DNA of 64,000 nucleotides from Bacteroidales bacterium (lineage in GTDB: Bacteria; Bacteroidota; Bacteroidia; Bacteroidales; 4484-276). Numbering within the stretch: position 1 is the stretch's first letter; every line of letters starts with the position of its first letter. Below the pieces are notes generated by a model. It saw only the letters and a list, made by a program, of their open reading frames with translations. It did not search any database and was not told the DNA's origin. The stretch lies in assembly GCA_035647615.1 (NCBI GenBank), contig DASRND010000003.1:3135-67134 (forward strand), written 5' to 3'. Both the position numbers and the translations under genes were made by a program. Below, piece by piece: positions 59,301 to 64,000 of this stretch.

Positions 59301-62300
59301 GTTAGAATGGAGCACTTCGGGAAGCGGAACTTTTGCTAACCCGCTGCAGGCAGTCACTACCTACACTCCGTCGCAGGCCGATTGCCAAAACCAGCCGGTG
59401 ACACTTACCCTTACTGCATTACCCAAAAACCCATGTACCGCGTCTGTAAGCGATGCGCTTTTGTTAACCATCAACATCCTGGATCTTATGGCAGATGCGG
59501 GGGATGATGCTGTGATTTGTTCAGGCCAGAATTTGCAACTTGCAGCTCAGGCCATCAACTACAGCACACTGCAATGGAGCACCAGCGGCAACGGAACTTT
59601 TGACGATGCTACAGCTCTGAATCCTATTTATATCCCATGTTCATCTGATGCTTTCAACGGACCGATAACACTGTGCCTGAAAGCTTTTGGCAACGATGCC
59701 GGTCAAAGCATCACCGATTGCCTTACGCTTACCTTTCAGCACCTGCCCATAGCGTTTGCCGGATCGGATAACACGGTTCCCATCGACGAAGGCTGCCCCC
59801 TTCATGAGTCTTTTGCTGAAAATTATGAAACCATTCAATGGTACACTTCCAACGGAATGGGAATGTTCGACAAAGAAAATATTTTGCATCCTACCTACTA
59901 TGCCTCACCCATGGACATTACGCAAAGCGAAATATTCCTATACATGGCTGTTTCGCCAATGAGCCCATGTGAGATTGGTGACGAAGACATGGTAGCTGTG
60001 AAATTTGTAAACGGTTATGCCAACGCAACGGCCTATGCCGGAGCCGACATGCACCTCTGCAAGGGCCTCGAAACTGAGGAGGTTTCCCTTACAGAAGCGG
60101 TAGCTGAAAACTTTAGCAGCATCCTGTGGAGTACCGGCGGCACTGGAACTTTCAATTATGATCACATCAGCCGCCCCCAATATTATCCTTCAGAACAGGA
60201 TCTCGCCAATGGATCGGTAACCCTAACCATGTCGGTAGCAGCTTTCGGTACCTATGCCCCTGCCACCGATCAGATTGTACTTTATTTTGATGAAATGCCT
60301 CAAGTTTGGGCAGGAAACGACATGACGGTGTGCAGCACGGATAATCTGCAGCTTTATGGCACAGCAAGTAATTACGCATCACTTACCTGGACCACCACAG
60401 GCGATGGCGTATTTGTAAATGGCAATACACCGCAGGCCACTTATTATCCGGGACCCGGAGATGTAATAGTTCCCAGCGTTACGCTATGTCTGGAAGCCGA
60501 AGGCTATGGCGAATGTTTTTCGGCCAGCGACTGCATGACGGTAACCTTTGTGCCAGTTCCGGGAGTTAGTGCCGGGATTGATGCAGCAGTATGTGCCGGC
60601 AGTTCACATTTGCTCCAGGGTACAGCATCAAACTTTGCAAGTGTACTATGGACCACTGCAGGCGACGGCAACTTTGATAATGCCACGCTGTTGCAGGCGA
60701 AATACACTCCCGGAGCAGCCGATATACTTTCCGGCAGCGTTAAGCTGTGCCTTACTGCACAAGGATTGATGGGATGCCCCGAAAACACAAGTTGCATGAC
60801 TATCACAATACAACGAAACCCGATAGCTAATGCCGGTCAGGATGCAGTAGCTATTACCGGCCAGCAATATCTCATCAACGACGCCACCGCACAATTTCAT
60901 TCAGCAGTACAGTGGATCACAAGCGGGGATGGTATCTTTGGGAATGCCGGTGAGCTAAACACCACCTACACGCCGTCAGCATTTGACGAGCAGCAACAGC
61001 AAGTAACGCTCACGCTCCAGGCAGCTCCGATAAATCCTTGCACCGTTGCAGCGAGCGACGAGAAGCAGCTTACCATTACACCCGATTGCCAGGATGCTAT
61101 TGCTGATGCCGGCACTGATCTCACCGTTTGTTATGGCGGCGCCATAGCGCTTAGCGCAACAGCTCAAAACCATACCGGAGTAGAGTGGAATACCAATGGC
61201 GATGGAACCTTCGATGCTTCCGCAAATATTGATGCTACTTATTTCCCCGGCACCGCCGACCTCGTTAATGGAAATGTTCAGCTTTGCCTCACCGCTTTCG
61301 CTAATGGCGAATGCAACGACGCCACTGATTGCATAGAAATTACCTTTGGCACCGTTCCCATTGTAAATGCCGGTGAGGATGTCACCATTTGTACTACAGA
61401 AGATTTTATTCAACTGGAGGGTATTGTTATTAACGGTGATAATTATCAATGGATTTCCACCGGACAGGGATATTTCGATCCGACCAATCAACTTGTGACG
61501 AAATATATCTTCAGCAGGTACGATAAAATTGATGGGTATGTAGATTTGATTCTGGCGGCCACTAAAAGCCCTTGCCCAACGGTGTATGATACCTTACACG
61601 TTACTTTCAATCCCGATCCTATTGTTTATGCCGGGGAAGATGCTACCATTTGTGGCAACGATGAATACCTAATTTTTGAAGCTTTTGCTGCCGAATACCA
61701 AAGCCTGGAATGGACGACTTCGGGTGATGGCACTTTTGAAGATGCAACCGCACTCAATACAATTTATTATCCAGGGTCGGGTGATATTGACGCCGAAACC
61801 ATTGAGCTGCAACTGATCGCATATCCTCTGGAGGGATGCGCTCCAGATGCAAGTTCGTTTATGCTTACGCTAATTCCGTCGGCTTACGCCAATGCTGGAA
61901 GCGATCTTACCATTTGTGAAACGGAAATTGCCAGTCTTTTTGGTCAGGCTTCCGGATATGAAAGCCTGCTGTGGGAAACCAGCGGCGACGGAATCTTTGG
62001 CAATGCTGCTGCACTCAACACCACTTATTTGCCGGGAGCCGGAGATCTTACGCTCGGTCAGGTAGAAATCAGCCTCACCGCATTCTCATCAGGGAATTGC
62101 GGCGACGCTGTCAGCGATATGCTGATTACAATCTTACCTGTACCCACCGCCAATGCAGGCAATAGCCAGCATATTTGTGCGGGCGACCAGGTGCAGTTGT
62201 CGGCCACTGCTGCCAATTATGCCAGCCTGTCGTGGAGTACCAGCGGCGACGGCGTATTCAGTAATCCTTCGGCGCTTAGCGCAATGTACACACCCGGTGA

Positions 62301-64000
62301 AACTGATCTGCAGAATGGATTTGCAGAGTTGTGTCTGACCGCGGTTTCAGCTGCTGCCTGTGTTGATGCTTATTCCTGTATCGAAATTGTTATCGAAAGC
62401 AGCCCGGTTGCTAACGCAGGTGCTAATGCTGTGATTTGTCAAAACCAAAATTATCAGCTATCAGCTAATGCAGAAAACCACAGCAGCATCGCATGGAGCA
62501 CCCTGGGCGACGGGTCGTTTGATAATGCAGCTTCACCCGCTGCCATTTACACGCCGGGAGCTGCAGACATCAGCCAAGGAAGCGCAGTGCTGATACTTAC
62601 AGCTTTCGCTGATGGCGTATGTGCCGATGCAACAGATGAAATGTTGCTTACCATTCAACTCTTGCCTGTGATTAATGCCGGAACGGATTTCACCATCTGC
62701 GAAAGCAACTTTGCGCAATTGAATGCCACGGGAACAAATTACAGCAGCATATTGTGGATAACCATAGGCGATGGAACTTTTGATGATGCCGCACTGCCAC
62801 AAGCTATTTATTTTCCGGGTGTAAATGATGTTTCAAATGGCTTTGCCAATCTCACCATCACCGCGCAGGGAATTTTACCTTGTACACAAAGCACCGACGA
62901 TTTGCACATTACACTGCAACCTGTTCCGGAAGTAGCTGCAATGGAAAATGCTTCCATCTGTCCGGATCAAAGCATAACTGTTGAAGGTTTTGTTACTCAT
63001 TATCAATCGGTATTTTGGAGCACTACAGGCGATGGAACTTTTGCAACGCCACAGACGCTCACTTCGGTATATTTTCCGGGTACCAACGACATAGAAACAG
63101 GAGGCGCTCAATTATGCCTTACCGCCATAGGACTTTATGATTGCGGTAACGCACAAGCCTGCATGCAGCTAACCATTATCAGCCTGCCGGAAGTAACAGC
63201 CGGCAACGATGTTACGATTTGCAACACCGGTATCGTGGAGCTTTCGGCACAAGCCAATAACTATGAAACGCTGCAATGGATGTCGGATGGCGACGGAACC
63301 TTCAGTGCCAGCACGGCACTCCTCGGCACCTATGCTCCCAGCGCTAATGATATTGCTGTCGGAAGTGTAAAACTCTGCCTCAATGCTTTTGCAGCAAATG
63401 GTTGTGGTCAATCGCAGGATTGCCTGATCGTTACTCTGGAAGCTCCGCCGACGGCTGATGCGGGAATTGATCAGACACTTTGCGTGAATCAAAATGCAAC
63501 TGTTTCGGGCGTAGTCACAAACGTAACGTCAGTGCTTTGGTCGACCAGCGGAGACGGTACTTTTGGAAATTCATCTGCTCTTACCACAATCTATTATCCG
63601 GGTGCAGCAGATTATGTAAATTTAAGTGTGGAACTGTGCCTTACAGCAAATGGTAATGGCATTTGCGATCCGGTGAGTGATTGTGTTGAAATGACTTTCC
63701 AGCCCGGCCCAACAGCTTTTGCCGGAAATGATGTAACGTTGTGTGCCAATCAAAATGTACCACTACAGGCAGCTGCCACCGAATACTCATCCGTATTTTG
63801 GAGTACCAGTGGGACGGGTAGTTTTAGTAATCCACAGATATTGAACCCCACTTATTTCCCAAGCCAGGCTGATAAAAATAATGGTTTCGTTCAGCTAACT
63901 ATCAGAGCAAATGGAGCCAACGGATGCGGCTACGTCACGGATGCCGTCGCAGTTACGTTTGTTCCGGTACCTGTAGCCAATGCCGGTGCTGATGCAACTA
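53323..64000 (+). CDS. giant secreted tandem-repeat protein, 5' part only (about 3,555 codons or more; 3' end beyond window)
   Basis: Frame 1 is open from the stop at 53290-53292 to base 64000. The track does not list it because it has no stop in the window. Candidate starts are ATG 53323 and ATG 53344 (MTKKGEIMNLFYNWITRGVIYALALVICTSTTLNAQ). A ~285-aa unique region is followed by 37 tandem 87-96-aa units. Confidence 0.85.
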   Translation, partial: MTKKGEIMNLFYNWITRGVIYALALVICTSTTLNAQNYSQPSGELTQEEPGVTINRIRILDSLLQNYNTKAPFVYPPGWDVPVNTGNITGVYVAREAKPSINGIPLKQNDAIGGFFINDQGEYQCAGAIYWPDTSGIVFSIFGDDPQTPVKEGFAWGETIHYKLFSYDLMAEFDVDEIQLSPDYLMINKWYPLSLIGIVKMNCYEDIIVRATADKEFFCNQGTALLDAEIITGFGNITYSWTSDPPGFSSSLKSPSANVTENTVFKVRASMGNATASSIIPICINHSSMVDAGMDIEVCGIDRILLAPLAQNVSEVQWATSGDGTFENSNAANTFYFFGGGDLNNSGVTLNISGLPLAPCTAVATDQMEITLFPSPQVTIPQGLFTCQEIPVDIEATATNVSGLLWQTDGNGTFSNPTSLVTTYTNGTYGNMHSSVRLTLTGYGQSPCDATFVDETYLQINKPAVCFAGVGATICANETYTTCATASYQNTVKWSTSGDGTFSDDTQLITTYTPGPNDKITGKPRLTLCVTSIAPCTGSKYSRMDLWIKPEPTVNAIDDFAIINTDIIPLNATASSYSSLQWSTSGDGTFAEAQQAATNYYPGPDDIEIGTVILGLQANPLAPCATPAQDELMVSLVEGAKANAGPDLTICGATTVTLQGSASNYVSVLWSTSGDGTFSNANQLTTQYTPGTDDEASGEVVLTLTPFGEPPFVNGNPDHKTVTILQPAVVNKIIALTAVCQTQAINLSATASHYASLMWTSSGNGAFNNTSIINPQYTPGTVDIANGSVVITVTAASVAPCSGNATKSKTIQIKHAPVANAGNDVTVCQGTQVPVNGTAQHNGSILWTTTGDGVFANPQQLATSYIPGNGDVQSGTVTFTLTAAAIQPCTVSAADQLVAKIFKNPVCNAGIDIVSCEREPIAISGTATNYNSLVWETTGSGTFANKYAKNTTYHPSDQDVTNGGVTLTLKALPMTPCQITAEDSKLITLSVSPIVVAGNNIIVCEQQSVQLNGTATNAQSVIWSSDGNGVFANASSLSTTYTPGNLDITNGKAVLHLTAISGNACNNVTGSLTVSIIKNPVVNAGNDGQVALGSSFKTNEASAIHTNSTLWTTPNGDGIIQNANAIKATYVPVEADYYAGVVTLILTAAPINPCITSVSDEINLIVTSGCEDATAVAGADMEICYYPNTPITLAAATAQNHASLLWTTQGDGTFSNATQLHPNYTPGNGDAQNGFVILNLLARGTGVCNDATDQIKIVLIQPATVDAGIDATICVNQSFNTNGAASNTEALQWTTSGDGSFAIPNQLKTTYLPGTADRVAGQVQLCLSAEGLQSCPAVSDCMTLHFQPLPTIFAGSDLTLIVGDLYNTNVAQAYNFSSLLWSTSGDGTFTNPLKLSTIYTPGQMDCQNMVVTLTLTAYSKSPCMGSIQDDLVITFVNGCEDATVDVGPDRTVCESANVDLGGVVQNQTSVLWNTNGDGTFDASANIDATYFPGTADLANGNVQLCLTAFANGECNDATDYLNITFGKAPIANAGPDISTCKTNAFVKLNGQAQNNESFQWITLGTGYFVPPTSSTPKYFFSGLDKEVGEVQLIFAVTNAACGTAADTMTITLLNPPLVSAGADATICASQPFTNNDATATDFSALLWSTNGDGTFDDASMLHATYTAGTIDAAAGTVTLTLAADGQSDCQQAQSSHTLTLIPSAYANAGEDRTICETGTVSLTGQAANYESLLWETTGDGTFANAAALNTIYFPGAGDLTLRYLEISLTAYAAGNCGDDFSELQINILPAPFTNAGNNQQICAGEQVQLSATAANYDGLLWSTNGDGIFSNPSALSAMYTPGATDLSSGGVTLCLTAVGTEPCGEVMDCLEIDIIALPTVNAGADATLCQNKTLLLTGNAANYSSLQWTTAGDGTFTNTSGANAQYYPGNGDISAGNVVICLNAQGLSGCGIANDCMVLTLQKNPVVFAGNDATIDQGSSFQTLQANAQNYSWLEWSTSGSGTFANPLQAVTTYTPSQADCQNQPVTLTLTALPKNPCTASVSDALLLTINILDLMADAGDDAVICSGQNLQLAAQAINYSTLQWSTSGNGTFDDATALNPIYIPCSSDAFNGPITLCLKAFGNDAGQSITDCLTLTFQHLPIAFAGSDNTVPIDEGCPLHESFAENYETIQWYTSNGMGMFDKENILHPTYYASPMDITQSEIFLYMAVSPMSPCEIGDEDMVAVKFVNGYANATAYAGADMHLCKGLETEEVSLTEAVAENFSSILWSTGGTGTFNYDHISRPQYYPSEQDLANGSVTLTMSVAAFGTYAPATDQIVLYFDEMPQVWAGNDMTVCSTDNLQLYGTASNYASLTWTTTGDGVFVNGNTPQATYYPGPGDVIVPSVTLCLEAEGYGECFSASDCMTVTFVPVPGVSAGIDAAVCAGSSHLLQGTASNFASVLWTTAGDGNFDNATLLQAKYTPGAADILSGSVKLCLTAQGLMGCPENTSCMTITIQRNPIANAGQDAVAITGQQYLINDATAQFHSAVQWITSGDGIFGNAGELNTTYTPSAFDEQQQQVTLTLQAAPINPCTVAASDEKQLTITPDCQDAIADAGTDLTVCYGGAIALSATAQNHTGVEWNTNGDGTFDASANIDATYFPGTADLVNGNVQLCLTAFANGECNDATDCIEITFGTVPIVNAGEDVTICTTEDFIQLEGIVINGDNYQWISTGQGYFDPTNQLVTKYIFSRYDKIDGYVDLILAATKSPCPTVYDTLHVTFNPDPIVYAGEDATICGNDEYLIFEAFAAEYQSLEWTTSGDGTFEDATALNTIYYPGSGDIDAETIELQLIAYPLEGCAPDASSFMLTLIPSAYANAGSDLTICETEIASLFGQASGYESLLWETSGDGIFGNAAALNTTYLPGAGDLTLGQVEISLTAFSSGNCGDAVSDMLITILPVPTANAGNSQHICAGDQVQLSATAANYASLSWSTSGDGVFSNPSALSAMYTPGETDLQNGFAELCLTAVSAAACVDAYSCIEIVIESSPVANAGANAVICQNQNYQLSANAENHSSIAWSTLGDGSFDNAASPAAIYTPGAADISQGSAVLILTAFADGVCADATDEMLLTIQLLPVINAGTDFTICESNFAQLNATGTNYSSILWITIGDGTFDDAALPQAIYFPGVNDVSNGFANLTITAQGILPCTQSTDDLHITLQPVPEVAAMENASICPDQSITVEGFVTHYQSVFWSTTGDGTFATPQTLTSVYFPGTNDIETGGAQLCLTAIGLYDCGNAQACMQLTIISLPEVTAGNDVTICNTGIVELSAQANNYETLQWMSDGDGTFSASTALLGTYAPSANDIAVGSVKLCLNAFAANGCGQSQDCLIVTLEAPPTADAGIDQTLCVNQNATVSGVVTNVTSVLWSTSGDGTFGNSSALTTIYYPGAADYVNLSVELCLTANGNGICDPVSDCVEMTFQPGPTAFAGNDVTLCANQNVPLQAAATEYSSVFWSTSGTGSFSNPQILNPTYFPSQADKNNGFVQLTIRANGANGCGYVTDAVAVTFVPVPVANAGADAT
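57655..59226 (+). repeat. higher-order block copy 1 (units 14-19)
   Basis: Collinear with 61105-62673 at a constant 3,450-nt offset. Includes a 68-nt perfect match (57736-57803 = 61186-61253) and a 29-nt perfect match (58819-58847 = 62269-62297). Confidence 0.8.
61105..62673 (+). repeat. higher-order block copy 2 (units 27-32)
   Basis: See copy 1. Unit-by-unit correspondence: 14/27 (WNTNGDGTFDA in both), 15/28 (atypical G-x-G-Y-F core in both), 17/30 and 18/31. Confidence 0.8.

Larger units (their letters stand above)
54190..64000 (+). repeat. in-frame coding tandem array, 37 units of 261-288 nt
   Basis: The conserved Trp codon of each unit lies at 54274, 54538, 54802, 55066, 55330, 55597, 55861, 56125, 56389, 56653, 56938, 57199, 57463, 57736, 58000, 58261, 58522, 58783, 59044, 59308, 59575, 59839, 60127, 60388, 60649, 60913, 61186, 61450, 61711, 61972, 62233, 62494, 62755, 63016, 63277, 63538 and 63799. 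All are in the same frame and all spacings are multiples of 3. Confidence 0.9.

Noticed and set aside
54247-63492. Dozens of 60-170-aa ORFs on the minus strand and in plus frames 2 and 3 within 54-64 kb (for example 60976-61491, 56626-57018, 57964-308).
   Set aside because: All lie inside the continuous frame-1 giant ORF, whose 37 units share a conserved protein-level consensus. The alternative-frame ORFs are short and mutually inconsistent, and they recur only because the underlying DNA is repetitive.
54190-64000. I considered whether the regular ~264-nt periodicity could be a CRISPR array or a non-coding satellite.
   Set aside because: There is no short conserved repeat alternating with unique spacers. 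Similarity extends across whole units and is stronger at the protein level. All unit lengths are multiples of 3 and the frame never closes, so this is coding tandem repeat.

Overview
The window looks like a chromosomal segment of a Bacteroidota-type genome. Supporting signs: T9SS type-A C-terminal sorting domains, a uppS-bamA-ompH-ompH cluster, b558-type sdhCAB, SPOR proteins, TAnnTTTG -7 boxes, and no Shine-Dalgarno sequences. About 50 protein genes occupy 1-52.9 kb and nearly all are housekeeping (ltaE, fumC, ruvB, trxB, trmB, kdsB, prfB, recX, mdh, rsgA, nadK, uppS, bamA, sdhCAB, dtd and others). I recognised no rRNA, tRNA, CRISPR array, transposase or integrase. The main finding is the last 10.7 kb. 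One reading frame stays open from about 53323 to the window edge, roughly 3,555 codons. The ORF track misses it because there is no stop inside the window. It encodes a signal peptide, a ~285-aa unique N-terminal region, then 37 consecutive 87-96-aa tandem units with a W-x-T-S-G-D-G-T-F ... Y-T-P-G signature that I cannot assign to a named repeat family. The units fall into subtypes, and a block of about 10 units recurs 3,450 nt downstream. Secondary observations: (1) a histidine kinase/response regulator operon diverges from a small secreted Cys/Lys-rich protein gene, and the shared spacer holds four helically phased TTAACAG direct repeats; (2) a ~1.5-kb AT-rich island carries a BNR/PKD/T9SS cargo gene flanked by peptidase C25-like gene remnants; (3) several intergenic spacers hold heptanucleotide-periodic micro-repeat arrays, one with a 25-nt insertion flanked by a 5-nt duplication; (4) prfB has the canonical +1 frameshift site.
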